From: Opitutales bacterium
GTDB taxonomy: Bacteria > Verrucomicrobiota > Verrucomicrobiia > Opitutales > JABSRG01
NCBI GenBank assembly: GCA_051117635.1
Contig: JBNPEH010000004.1
Span: 229,562 to 293,561 of the forward strand
Length of the DNA: 64,000 nucleotides
Reading direction: 5' to 3'
In this document: piece by piece, positions 9,041 through 18,746 of the stretch
Layout of the letters: every line of letters begins with the position of its first letter
How positions within the stretch are numbered: position 1 is the first letter of the stretch
Notes under the pieces: generated by a model
Databases searched by the model: none
What the model saw: only the letters and a program-made list of their open reading frames with translations
What the model was told of the DNA's origin: nothing
Program-made: the position numbers and the translations under genes

Positions 9041-10054
9041 ATGTCCCAAAAAGCCTTCGATCTGGTCACCATCGGCCGTTCCTCCATCGACCTGTATGCC
9101 AATGATGTTGGCGCTGACTTCGTCGATATCGGGAGTTTTGCCGCCTATGTGGGCGGCTCGCCCACCAATATCGCGGTCGGGGCCAACCGGCTCGGGCTGA
9201 CTACCGCCCTCCTCACCGGCATCGGCGACGACAAGGTCGGCGATTTTATCCTCAACTTTCTGGACAGGGAAGGGGTCCACACCCGGTACATTCCGCGCAA
9301 GGCGGGTTTCCGTTCCAGTGCGGCCGTGCTGGGAATCAAGCCGCCCGACCAGTTTCCGCTGGTGTTCTACCGCAATGCCTGTGCCGACATCCAGTTGTCC
9401 ATCGACGATGTCCTGGCCGCTCCGGTTCAGGACTGCCGGATCCTCGAAATTTCCGGGACCGCCCTCAGCCTCGAGCCGAGCCGCAGCGCCTGCCTGATCG
9501 CTGCCGAACAGGCCGCCGATGCAGGCGCCACCGTTGTCCTCGATATTGATTTCAGGGCCGACCAGTGGCACGACGTGCGGGCCTTCGGGGCCGTCGTGCG
9601 GAGCCTGCTGCCACGCGTCGAAATCGCTATCGGCACCGAGGACGAGATCAACGCGGCCATGCTTCGCCGGGCCGATCAACTCACTATCGAGCACGGCCAG
9701 ATGAGCGACGCGCGCGTGACCGGCGACATCGAGGCCAATATTGCCGCCCTGCTTGATTGCGGGCCGCGCATGCTCGTCCGCAAGCGAGGGGCCGACGGTG
9801 CCCGGGTCTATGAGCGCGGGAAGGACCCGGTCGATGCCCCCGGCTTCCCGGTCGAGGTGCAGAACATCCTCGGTGCCGGCGACGCCTTTGCCGCCGGTTT
9901 CCTCTACGGGCAGATCCATGGTTGGGATGGTTACCGGAGCGCCCGCATGGGCAACGCCTGCGGGTCCATCGTGGTGACGCGCCACGGTTGCGCCAATTTC
10001 ATGCCGACCGAGCAGGAGGTGTTTGCGCTGGTCGAGCGGCACGGCGGGTTCTGA
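9041..10054 (+). CDS. iolC: 5-dehydro-2-deoxygluconokinase (PfkB family)
   Basis: [48 protein letters not shown] is the characteristic IolC N-terminus. PfkB signature [13 protein letters not shown]. Start taken at the ATG at 9041. Confidence 0.8.
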   Translation: MSQKAFDLVTIGRSSIDLYANDVGADFVDIGSFAAYVGGSPTNIAVGANRLGLTTALLTGIGDDKVGDFILNFLDREGVHTRYIPRKAGFRSSAAVLGIKPPDQFPLVFYRNACADIQLSIDDVLAAPVQDCRILEISGTALSLEPSRSACLIAAEQAADAGATVVLDIDFRADQWHDVRAFGAVVRSLLPRVEIAIGTEDEINAAMLRRADQLTIEHGQMSDARVTGDIEANIAALLDCGPRMLVRKRGADGARVYERGKDPVDAPGFPVEVQNILGAGDAFAAGFLYGQIHGWDGYRSARMGNACGSIVVTRHGCANFMPTEQEVFALVERHGGF

Positions 10055-10100
10055 GGCCTCTCATGCCGCCCGTCGCTCATCCGGGTGTATCCAGTTTCTT

Positions 10101-11579
10101 ATGACGCAACAGACAGCCATTCGCAATTTCATCAAGGGGGTGTGGGCCGATTCCGCGTCCGATTCCCGGTTGGCCGTTCCCAATCCGGCGACCGGGGAAA
10201 CCATCGCGGAGACGCCACTGTCATCGGCGGCGGAAGTCGGCTCGGCTGTCGAAGCCGCCTCGGCGGCTTACCGGGAGTGGCGGCGGGTACCGGTGGGCGA
10301 GCGCATCCAGCCGCTCTTCCGGTTGAAGATGCTGCTTGAGGAGCACCTCGACGAACTGGCCCGCACCATCACCCTTGAATGCGGCAAGACGCTGGCCGAG
10401 TCGAAGGGAGAACTGCGTCGGGCCATCGAAAATGTGGAAACCGCGGCCGGCATGCCGATGCTGATGCAAGGCGACTTCCTGGAAGACATCGCGCGCGGAA
10501 TCGACGAATCGATGATCCGCCAGCCGCTGGGTGTCTGCGCGGCCATCGTGCCCTTCAACTTTCCAGGTATGATCCCCTTCTGGTTCCTGCCCTATGCCGT
10601 TGCCACCGGGAATACCTTTGTCCTCAAGCCGAGTGAACGGGTACCGCTGACCATGCAGCGGGTCTTTGCGCTGCTCCAGGAAGCGGGCTTTCCGGATGGC
10701 GTGGTCAATCTGGTCAACGGCGACCGCGCGGTGGTGGAGGCCCTGATCGACCATCCGGAGGTGAAGGCCGTCAGCTTCGTCGGCTCGTCGCAAGTCGCGC
10801 AGGCCGTCTATGGCCGCGCCGCCGCGAACGGCAAGCGAGCCCAGTGCCAGGGTGGGGCTAAAAATCCGCTTGTCGTTCTGCCCGATGCCGATCTGGAGAC
10901 CACCACCCGGATCATCGCCGACAGCGCCTTCGGTTGTGCCGGCCAGCGCTGTCTGGCGGCTTCGCTGGCCGTGACCGTCGGGCAGGCCCGCGACACGGTC
11001 CGCGAAGCAATCAGCGCGGCCGCGGCGAAGCGCAAGGTGGGCTTCGGTCTGGAAGATGGAGTGGATATGGGGCCGGTCATTTCGGCCGCCAGCCGGGACC
11101 GGATCCTGAGATTGATCGGCGAAGCCGAACAGGAGGGCGCCCGGGTCACGGTGGACGGGCGTCAAAAATCCGTGGACGGTTACCGCGACGGTTACTTTCT
11201 TCACCCGACGGTGCTGGACGGGCTGGATCCGGACGGAAACATCACGGGGACCGAAATCTTCGGTCCGGTGCTCGGTCTGATGCACGCCGAGACACTCGAC
11301 GACGCGATCGACCTGATCAACCGGGGGACCTATGGCAACATGGCCTGCCTCTTCACGCGCGATGGTGCGTCCGCCCGCAAGTTCCGGTCCGAAGTGGATG
11401 CCGGCAACGTGGGTATCAACATCGGCGTTGCCGCGCCGATGGCCTGGTTCCCGTTCAGCGGATGGAAAGGCAGCTTCTTCGGCGACCTGCACGGTCAGGC
11501 CCGGCATGCGGTCGAGTTCTTCACCCAGACCAAGGTCGTCGTCGAGCGCTGGCCCAGGGCCTGGTCGCGGCAGTTCTGA
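10101..11579 (+). CDS. mmsA: CoA-acylating methylmalonate-semialdehyde dehydrogenase
   Basis: Aldehyde dehydrogenase fold with FGCAGQRC catalytic Cys. The MMSDH-type C-terminus is [31 protein letters not shown]. Start at the ATG at 10101 ([11 protein letters not shown]). Confidence 0.9.
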   Translation: MTQQTAIRNFIKGVWADSASDSRLAVPNPATGETIAETPLSSAAEVGSAVEAASAAYREWRRVPVGERIQPLFRLKMLLEEHLDELARTITLECGKTLAESKGELRRAIENVETAAGMPMLMQGDFLEDIARGIDESMIRQPLGVCAAIVPFNFPGMIPFWFLPYAVATGNTFVLKPSERVPLTMQRVFALLQEAGFPDGVVNLVNGDRAVVEALIDHPEVKAVSFVGSSQVAQAVYGRAAANGKRAQCQGGAKNPLVVLPDADLETTTRIIADSAFGCAGQRCLAASLAVTVGQARDTVREAISAAAAKRKVGFGLEDGVDMGPVISAASRDRILRLIGEAEQEGARVTVDGRQKSVDGYRDGYFLHPTVLDGLDPDGNITGTEIFGPVLGLMHAETLDDAIDLINRGTYGNMACLFTRDGASARKFRSEVDAGNVGINIGVAAPMAWFPFSGWKGSFFGDLHGQARHAVEFFTQTKVVVERWPRAWSRQF

Positions 11580-11815
11580 TTCCGTGGAGGCGAACCTTCG
11601 TCGGTATCCTTCTGTCGCTTCTCTGTCTGGCTGTCGCCGTTCACGCCGCCCTGCCGTCCGACAGCCCGTTGCCGGTACGCCCGTGCCCGGTCAGCCCGAT
11701 ATTTATCTCTTCCTGTTGGTCGCCACCGACCTGCGGCAATTTTACCGAAATATCCGCTCACCTTCGCCGGGTAAGCGCCGAACGGATCCATGATAAGCAT
11801 CGAACAGCGGTTAGG

Positions 11816-12943
11816 TCACCTAGGGAAGCCCTGCTTGCGGATGCGGGTGCCCACGTCGAGCAGCACCTCGGTGTCCTCGGGATCGAGGCTGCCATCAGGG
11901 AGGGGAGCGGTATTGAGGAGGAGATTGGCCTTCTGGCGCGAGGCCTGTTCGAGTTTGGCCCAGACTTCGCCCGCCGAGAGGTGGTTGCCCCGGCTGGCTT
12001 TGGTGTAGCCCCAGGACTTGTCCTTAGCCATCGTCGTGCAGACCTCACGGATATACGTACCTGACACCTTGTCGGCGTCGTGCTCGGGCGTGAAAAAATC
12101 CTCTGTGCCGAGGAGCCCGTCTTTGTAGGAAACCAGGACCTGGGGCTGGGCGGCGTGGATGCGGTCATACAGGTCCTGGCAGCGAAAACGGGCTGTATCC
12201 CCGCTCTTGGGCACCAGGTAACCGTCCAGCCAGATGCCGGCCACAGGTCCGTACTGGGACAGCAGCTCTTCGATCTGTGCGGCCATGAAATCGAGATAGT
12301 GCTGGAGATCGTGATCGGCACCGTAGGCGTAAGACGGTTCGGGTGGATCATATTCCGGACGGGCCGAGCCGCCCCAGGCGTCATTGTTGGGCGCGTGGGG
12401 ATGCTTCCAGTCCCGTCCATGTGAATAATAGAGGAAGAACCCGAGGCCCTCCTGCGCGCAGGCCTCAGCCAGTTCGCCGACCAGATCCCGGCCACAGGGG
12501 CTGTTCAGGCTGTTGAAATCCGTCTGTTCTGTTTTGAAGAGGCAGAAGGAATCGTGGTGCCGAGTGGTAAGGTTGACGTAGCGAAAGCCGGCCTGCCGGG
12601 CGAATCGGGCGATTCCCGCCGCGTCGAATCGCTTGGCGGTGAACCGGTCTTTAAGCCTGGCATATTCCGCTACCGGGATCTTCTCCGTGCATTGCACCCA
12701 TTCGTGGCGTCCCAGGAGGCTGTAGAGGCCATAGTGCAGGAAAAGGCCATAGCGTGCGTCCCGAAACCATGCTTTGGCGGCGCCCCGCGGATCGCGGGCA
12801 TACCGATCGGGGTATGCGGACAGGTAGGACGGGGGCGTTGCAGGTCCCATGCGAGGCGAGCCTGCATGTTTTCGCGGGATGGACAAGGCCCGCCGGAAAT
12901 TTTCGGGCTTGGAGATTGGCCAGCGGCACGGCATGGCCCACAT
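11816..12943 (-). CDS. alpha-L-fucosidase (GH29)
   Basis: WFRDARYGLFLHYGLYSLLGRHEW and RHHDSFCLF are GH29 blocks. The start is uncertain: an alternative ATG at 12850 gives MGPATPP.... No signal peptide seen. Confidence 0.8.
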   Translation of the reverse strand: MWAMPCRWPISKPENFRRALSIPRKHAGSPRMGPATPPSYLSAYPDRYARDPRGAAKAWFRDARYGLFLHYGLYSLLGRHEWVQCTEKIPVAEYARLKDRFTAKRFDAAGIARFARQAGFRYVNLTTRHHDSFCLFKTEQTDFNSLNSPCGRDLVGELAEACAQEGLGFFLYYSHGRDWKHPHAPNNDAWGGSARPEYDPPEPSYAYGADHDLQHYLDFMAAQIEELLSQYGPVAGIWLDGYLVPKSGDTARFRCQDLYDRIHAAQPQVLVSYKDGLLGTEDFFTPEHDADKVSGTYIREVCTTMAKDKSWGYTKASRGNHLSAGEVWAKLEQASRQKANLLLNTAPLPDGSLDPEDTEVLLDVGTRIRKQGFPR

Positions 12944-12955
12944 TGGGGTTTCGGC

Positions 12956-13972
12956 ATGGCATTGCTTTTTTTCTACCTGGGCCTCGCCATAGGCGTATCC
13001 TTCCTTTGTTCGGTGCTGGAGGCCGTGCTTCTTTCGGTGACCCCCTCCTTCGTCACTTCCATCGAGCGGGAAGGGCGGCCGGTGGGCCGGTTACTCGAAT
13101 CGCTGAAGGCCGATGTCGACCGTCCGCTGGCGGCCATCCTCAGTCTCAATACAATCGCGCACACCGTGGGCGCCGCCGGCGTGGGGGCCCAGGCTCAGGT
13201 CGTTTTCCAGAGCATCCCGGTCACCGTGATTTCCGCCGTGCTGACGCTGCTCATCCTGGTGCTGTCGGAGATCATTCCTAAAACCGTCGGCGCGGTGTAC
13301 TGGCGACGGCTGGTCATCCCTTCCGCCTACTGCATCCAGTTCCTGACTCTGGTCCTGTGGCCCCTGGTGGTGCTTTCGCGCGGAGTGTCACGCTTGGTCG
13401 CCGGGGATGACAACCGGCCGGGGATCAGCCGCGAGGAGCTGAAGGCCATCGCGGACCTCGGCCAACAGGAGGGCGTGATCGACCGGCTCGACGCGCTGAC
13501 CTTGCGCAGCGTCATGCGCCTCAGTGATTACCGGGTGGCGGATATCCTGACCCCGCGCGTGGTGGCGGCCACCTTGCCGACTGGCCTGACAGTGGCAGAG
13601 GGCCTGGAGCGCCTGGAGTCAGTGGCTTATTCCCGGATTCCCGTCATGGAGCCCGAAGACGGCAATCGGCCGATCGGCTATGTGCTCCGAATGGACCTGA
13701 TGCAGGCCGCCCTCGACCGGCGTGCCGACCGACCGCTGGACGATTTGCTTCGCGAGGCGCCTGTGGTGCCGGATGCCTCCTCGGTCAAGCAGCTCTACCA
13801 GCGTCTTCTGAAGGGTCAGGAACATCTGGCAGTCGTAATCGACGAATTCGGGAATTTTGCCGGAATCGTCACGCTGGAGGATGTATTGGAGACCCTGATC
13901 GGTCAGGAAATCGTCGATGAGGCGGATATCGTCGAAGATCTCCGGGATCACGCCCGGCGGGTGAAATCCTGA
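12956..13972 (+). CDS. CNNM/TlyC-family membrane protein (DUF21 plus CBS pair)
   Basis: ATG at 12956 (MALLFFYLGLAIGVSFLCSVLEAVLLSV...). DUF21 motif LNTIAHTVGAAG, a CBS region, and a DEFGNFAGIVTLEDVLE block. Confidence 0.85.
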   Translation: MALLFFYLGLAIGVSFLCSVLEAVLLSVTPSFVTSIEREGRPVGRLLESLKADVDRPLAAILSLNTIAHTVGAAGVGAQAQVVFQSIPVTVISAVLTLLILVLSEIIPKTVGAVYWRRLVIPSAYCIQFLTLVLWPLVVLSRGVSRLVAGDDNRPGISREELKAIADLGQQEGVIDRLDALTLRSVMRLSDYRVADILTPRVVAATLPTGLTVAEGLERLESVAYSRIPVMEPEDGNRPIGYVLRMDLMQAALDRRADRPLDDLLREAPVVPDASSVKQLYQRLLKGQEHLAVVIDEFGNFAGIVTLEDVLETLIGQEIVDEADIVEDLRDHARRVKS

Positions 13973-14050
13973 ATCCTCCGGTGCGGGTCGACTTCACCCG
14001 CCCGTCACGCCGGCGTTGCATTCCGGGGCCCTTCGTCATGAGGATTCAGC

Positions 14051-14977
14051 GTGTCCCCCGCGAATTCCCAACTGCAACCGATGTCGGTCAGGCCCTTGCC
14101 GTCAACCGGGCCGGCTCTGGTCCGCGCCTGGTGCCGGTTTCTGGTGTCGGCTTCCTGGAAACCGGTTCCGGGGAACGCGCGCTTGCGGGCGGAGAGGCGC
14201 CTGGCCCGGCCCTGGCAGCCCCGGGTGGCTCCCCGTGAAGCCGCACCGGAGAAGGCTGGGGTCGTTTTCATCCAACGGGGAGGCGACTATTTTTACTGGG
14301 ACGCCGATTTTCTTCGGGCGGGTGATCCACGCTACTTCGATGTCGGCTGGCTGCGGGGGCAGGGGCTGCTGACCGGTCAGGCGACCGGCCGGTCAGCGGC
14401 CTGGCTGATCCGGGAGGGTAATGCCGCCTGGGTCCTGAGGCATTACTTCCGGGGCGGCTTGGTCGGGCGATGGAACCGCGACACCCACATTTCGATCCTG
14501 CTCAGGGCAACGCGTCCCTGGCGGGAGTTCACGCTTCTTCGTGAGCTGCGACGACGGGGCCTGCCCGTACCGCGGCCCCTGGGGATACGGCTGGCCCGTC
14601 GCGGTTGGTTTTATCGGGCGGATCTCCTCATGGAGCGCATCGCGGATGTCCGGAGCCTTGCCGAGCGCCTGGCCGAACCGGCGGGCCTGAGCCCGGCCAC
14701 CTGGGCGTCCATCGGGCGCCACATCGCCCGGCTCCATCAGGCCGGTGCGGATCATGCGGACCTGAACTGCCGGAATGTCCTGCTCGATTCGGGCGGCGGG
14801 GTCTGGCTGATCGATTTCGACCGCGGGCGGCTCCGGCAGCCCGGGCCGTGGCGTCTGCGCAACCTGGCCCGCTTGAAGCGATCCCTGGACAAGGAAGCGC
14901 GCAAACAGCCGGGCCTGGCCTGGTCCCGACGGCATTGGCAGTCGCTGCTGTTGGGGTACTCCCGGGCCTGTTTCTGA
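14051..14977 (+). CDS. kdkA: 3-deoxy-D-manno-octulosonic acid (Kdo) kinase
   Basis: VLRHYFRGGL, the catalytic loop HADLNCRNVLLD and WLIDFDRG resemble KdkA. The start is uncertain: an in-frame GTG at 14225 would give a more typical size of about 250 aa. Confidence 0.7.
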   Translation: MSPANSQLQPMSVRPLPSTGPALVRAWCRFLVSASWKPVPGNARLRAERRLARPWQPRVAPREAAPEKAGVVFIQRGGDYFYWDADFLRAGDPRYFDVGWLRGQGLLTGQATGRSAAWLIREGNAAWVLRHYFRGGLVGRWNRDTHISILLRATRPWREFTLLRELRRRGLPVPRPLGIRLARRGWFYRADLLMERIADVRSLAERLAEPAGLSPATWASIGRHIARLHQAGADHADLNCRNVLLDSGGGVWLIDFDRGRLRQPGPWRLRNLARLKRSLDKEARKQPGLAWSRRHWQSLLLGYSRACF

Positions 14978-15214
14978 CGCAAGGCCCTGGTGTACAGGGT
15001 CTAAGGTTCTGTAGTGTAAAACGGACTACAGATACGGGCATTCACGGGGTGGCGGCGCGCCGGGAATCGCGGAATTCCCCGGCTTTCCCTTTGCAGAAAA
15101 CCTTAGCCGGAGTAGGATAGCGGTATCGGACTTGCTCCCTGGGTTCCCCGGGATCAGCCGGTCCGGTTGTCCCGTCCACCATCCTCAGAAAACCTTGCAA
15201 CCCCCTTACCATAC

Positions 15215-17545
15215 ATGCCGATCGAACCGATCCGCGTCGAACTGAGCGCTTTCTGTAAAAAGTTTTCCTCTGTACTGACCCCCTTTTCGGATGCCCTTGA
15301 CCAAGCCGTCGATGCCTTTCGAAAAGTCCCCGAAAAAGACGGGATGCAACCCGTCATCGCCTCGCTTCAGGATAATCGCCACCGGTTGAAGATTCTGCGC
15401 GACAAAGCCGCTCAGGAGCATACCTATCTCGTCATTTTCGGCCCGCTCAAAAGCGGTAAGTCGACCTTGATGAACGCCCTCAGCGGCGCCTATGTCAGCG
15501 AAGTCTCCAGCCTGCCCGCCTATCCCTGTCTGGTCTATCTGCACGAAAGTGACGCCACCCGCTTCTCGACCACCGCATTCAACGGGGACGAACGGCAATT
15601 CAGCTCTGCGGACGCCCTGAAGACCTCGATGGAGGAAGCGCACCAGAAGCTGGCTGAGCGGATCCGAAACGCCGATGAAGCCGGCGGAGAACTGAATCCC
15701 CAGGAAGATTTCAGTGAGGCGATCCGCCGCATCGATTTCGAAATGCCGGCTCCATATCTGAAGGAGTCGGGAACCATCCTGGTCGACACCCCCGGCCTCT
15801 ACACTAAAATGAAGTACCATTACAGCCAGCTGACCCGGGATTTTCGGGATACGGCGGCTTGCGCGGTCTTTGTGGTGAAGACGGACAACCTGTTTTTCGA
15901 GCAGGTGTTCGATGAGTTCGCCGATCTGCTGGACGTCTTTTCCAAGATCTTCCTGGTCGTGAACATCGACTCCTCCAAAAAGGATCTGGGTCCGGACGGC
16001 AACCTGCAACCGTCCCTGGAGAGCGAGGATCCTCACAAGATCGTCGAGGCCTTTGAAAACCTGACTGTCAACGCGCCCATCCGATCGGCCATGGAAACCG
16101 GTCAGCTCCAGGTTTACCTGGTGGATCTCCTCCAGGCTGCCGCCCATTCGCTGACCACCCATGAGACCGAGACCCAAAGCGGTGTCCAGGAGGAACTGCC
16201 GGTCGAAGCCAAAGACGATGCCGGCGCCGGGGAAGCCGGTGCGGTCGAGGAAACCGACAAGGCCGACTCGGAACCCGGTGAAGCGGCTGCCGAACCCGTT
16301 GTCGCGGATGGGGACACCGCCCAATCCGGTTTCCAGGCCTTTCGGAAGGACCTCATCGAGTTCCTCAACAGCAGTGATTACATCGTTGCCTTCATGGCTG
16401 ACAGCCTTCGTCAGGCCGGCTCCATCATCGATGAAGTGAACGAGCAGGCGGTCTCGGATAAAGTCGTCGCGTTTCAGGACGGCATTGAATTGCTGCGCAG
16501 CAAAGCCGAGCGAGCCGACCGACAGGCCGGCGAAGTGCGTGAGTTGCGTGGCAAGGATTGGAATGACGGCCTCGCTTACCTGCAGGAACGCCTGAATGCG
16601 GGGCTGAAGGAGGCCGTCGAGGGCCCGTTGCCCGCGCTGAAATCCGAGCTGCACGAGGTCATCGACGCCTGGATCGTTTCAGACGAGAGCTTGAGGACGC
16701 TCCTCGAGGAACGCATTCAACCGAAGTTGAAGGCTGTGCTTTCCGACCTGCGATCCAAGCCGGTTGAGGTGATGGACCATCACTGCTCGACACCGCAAGG
16801 CGGGTTGAAACTGGACCCCGAGGTCATCGGCAAAATGCAGCGTCTCGGGATCGCCTTCGATGATATTTATCCCCGCTTCAAGCCGCAGGTGACGAGTCGT
16901 TTCGACGGCGAAGCCGAGCTGCCCGACCCCTCCGTCGTGCAGGAAGCCCTGCCTGTCCGGCGCAATATCGTCGACTGGCTGCTGTTCCGCAGCACCACCG
17001 GCGTCCGGAAGCGGCTCCTGGGCGATGCGGTTCCCTCCGACATCGAGTTGCCGGCCGGCGTCAAAGCAAAGCGACTGGGCGTCTCCGGGGTGGATTATCT
17101 CCGCGAGGCAGTCGATACTTACGTCGATCAGGCCCTGGGTGCCTCGGTGAACAAGGCCTTCGACGAGCTGTTGCAGGAATACCAGGTCTTCCTCCAGCAG
17201 GAAGCCCAGGAGCGTCTTGAAACCAAGACTGCTCACCTCGAAAAGGAGAAAGCCCAGGCCCTGAAAAATGCCGAGGGCCGGCAGGAGGTCATGCATTCGC
17301 TCAATCAGCTGATCAGCAGCTCCGATGCCTTGCGCGGAGAAATGGCCGACCTGCAGGAGGCCTACCTCGCTGGTAAATCTTCCCTGGTCCCGGCCGGCGA
17401 TCCGGATTTACAGGCTGCCGAAGACGCTGAAGCGGGCGCTGAATCGTTCAGCTCCGATTCCGCCGCTGATCCACAGGCTGCCATTGACAGCGGGGATGAC
17501 GATGACGCCGACTGGCTCGGCCCGGACATCAAGGAGCCGTCCTGA
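15215..17545 (+). CDS. bacterial dynamin-like GTPase
   Basis: G1 FGPLKSGKSTLMNAL, G3 LVDTPGL, and a G4-like VVNIDS. The stalk is long and helical. There are acidic low-complexity segments near 16150-16330 and at the C-terminus. Start taken at the ATG at 15215; the ORF track uses the TTG at 15167. Confidence 0.8.
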   Translation: MPIEPIRVELSAFCKKFSSVLTPFSDALDQAVDAFRKVPEKDGMQPVIASLQDNRHRLKILRDKAAQEHTYLVIFGPLKSGKSTLMNALSGAYVSEVSSLPAYPCLVYLHESDATRFSTTAFNGDERQFSSADALKTSMEEAHQKLAERIRNADEAGGELNPQEDFSEAIRRIDFEMPAPYLKESGTILVDTPGLYTKMKYHYSQLTRDFRDTAACAVFVVKTDNLFFEQVFDEFADLLDVFSKIFLVVNIDSSKKDLGPDGNLQPSLESEDPHKIVEAFENLTVNAPIRSAMETGQLQVYLVDLLQAAAHSLTTHETETQSGVQEELPVEAKDDAGAGEAGAVEETDKADSEPGEAAAEPVVADGDTAQSGFQAFRKDLIEFLNSSDYIVAFMADSLRQAGSIIDEVNEQAVSDKVVAFQDGIELLRSKAERADRQAGEVRELRGKDWNDGLAYLQERLNAGLKEAVEGPLPALKSELHEVIDAWIVSDESLRTLLEERIQPKLKAVLSDLRSKPVEVMDHHCSTPQGGLKLDPEVIGKMQRLGIAFDDIYPRFKPQVTSRFDGEAELPDPSVVQEALPVRRNIVDWLLFRSTTGVRKRLLGDAVPSDIELPAGVKAKRLGVSGVDYLREAVDTYVDQALGASVNKAFDELLQEYQVFLQQEAQERLETKTAHLEKEKAQALKNAEGRQEVMHSLNQLISSSDALRGEMADLQEAYLAGKSSLVPAGDPDLQAAEDAEAGAESFSSDSAADPQAAIDSGDDDDADWLGPDIKEPS

Positions 17546-17570
17546 TCGGTTAACCCGTTTGCCTTTTCAG

Positions 17571-17600
17571 CCCGGGGGCCTCGCGCTCCCGGGTTTTTTT
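17571..17600 (+). terminator. rho-independent terminator after the dynamin-like gene
   Basis: CCCGGGGGC-CTCGC-GCTCCCGGG hairpin followed by TTTTTTT, 26 nt after the stop. Confidence 0.75.
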
Positions 17601-17723
17601 ACGCCCGGCAGGCCGGAGCAACCAGGCGTTTGGAGCCCGGACCCGGATTTCCGCTCCTGTTGATGGTCTCCAAGCCGTGGAGGCGTTGCTGTCGACGCCC
17701 GGGTCCTGCCGGCTGGTTGGGGA

Positions 17724-18686
17724 ATGCCGTTGGCAGGACCGGCGGCTGTTGCGACAATACCGTTTGTGCGCACCGACCTTCAGTATACCTGTGGCAGCCT
17801 CCTCGGTCTGGCTGTCGGGGACAGCCTGGGCATGCCCTGCGAAGGCCTGCCCCGCGGCAGTTTTCCAAAAACCACAGGCCTGGCCAACGGAGGACCGCAC
17901 CAGGCCCGTATCGGCGAGTGGACCGATGACACGAGCCTTGCCTGCTGCCTGGCCGAATCGCTGGTCCGGCACGGTGGCTGGAACCCCCACGATGCTGCCG
18001 ACCGGTTTCGCCAGTGGTTGTCGGCAGGCTATTGGAGCAGCCGGGAAAGGGCTTTCGGCATCGGCCGGACCACTGAGCGGGCCATCGAACGCTTTTGCCA
18101 GACGGGCGATCCCTACGCAGGTATCGAAGATCCCAATACATCCGGCAACGGGTCGCTGATGCGGCTGGCCCCTGTTCCGCTCTTTCTTTACCGGGATCCT
18201 CGGGTTCTCGACCGGGCCGAAGACAGCAGTCGGCTGACCCATGGTTCCCTTATCTGCCGACACGCCTGCCGGTTGATGGCCGCCATTCTGGTCGACCTCA
18301 TCAAGGGTCTCGAAAAGGCCACCATCCTCCATCCCGACAATCTGATGATCGCTGCCCCCCGTGACGGTTTCTGCCCGGAGATCGCCGCGATCGCAGCCGG
18401 ATCCTTTCTCGACAAGGGTATCGATGAAATCGAAACCACCGGCTATGTGGTCCATACGCTGGAGGCCACGCTCTGGTGCTGGTACCGCTGCCCCGACTAC
18501 CGCAAGGCGGTCTGCCTGGCCGTCGATCTGGGCGGGGACACCGATACGACCGCCGCCGTCGTCGGCCAGATCGCCGGTCTCGAACAGGGCATTGATGCTA
18601 TTCCCCGCGCCTGGCAGGAGGCCCTGGTTTACCGCCAGGCGATTACCCGCCTCAGCGAGCAGCTCTGGGAGGCCCGGCCTGGGTGA
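17724..18686 (+). CDS. ADP-ribosylglycohydrolase family protein
   Basis: GLAVGDSLGMPCEG, EWTDDTS, GNGSLMRLAPV and GGDTDTTAAVVGQIAG are the ARH/DraG family blocks. Confidence 0.85.
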   Translation: MPLAGPAAVATIPFVRTDLQYTCGSLLGLAVGDSLGMPCEGLPRGSFPKTTGLANGGPHQARIGEWTDDTSLACCLAESLVRHGGWNPHDAADRFRQWLSAGYWSSRERAFGIGRTTERAIERFCQTGDPYAGIEDPNTSGNGSLMRLAPVPLFLYRDPRVLDRAEDSSRLTHGSLICRHACRLMAAILVDLIKGLEKATILHPDNLMIAAPRDGFCPEIAAIAAGSFLDKGIDEIETTGYVVHTLEATLWCWYRCPDYRKAVCLAVDLGGDTDTTAAVVGQIAGLEQGIDAIPRAWQEALVYRQAITRLSEQLWEARPG

Positions 18687-18746
18687 GCGGGCAATTAAGA
18701 CGTGTTTTATTTCCCGGACCGGCACGAGCGCTGCTCCTCCGGTATT

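Noticed and set aside
11580-11815. A possible small gene in the gap between mmsA and the fucosidase gene.
   Set aside because: There is no ORF with a start codon, a coherent frame or recognisable features. Only out-of-frame tails of neighbouring shadow ORFs are present.
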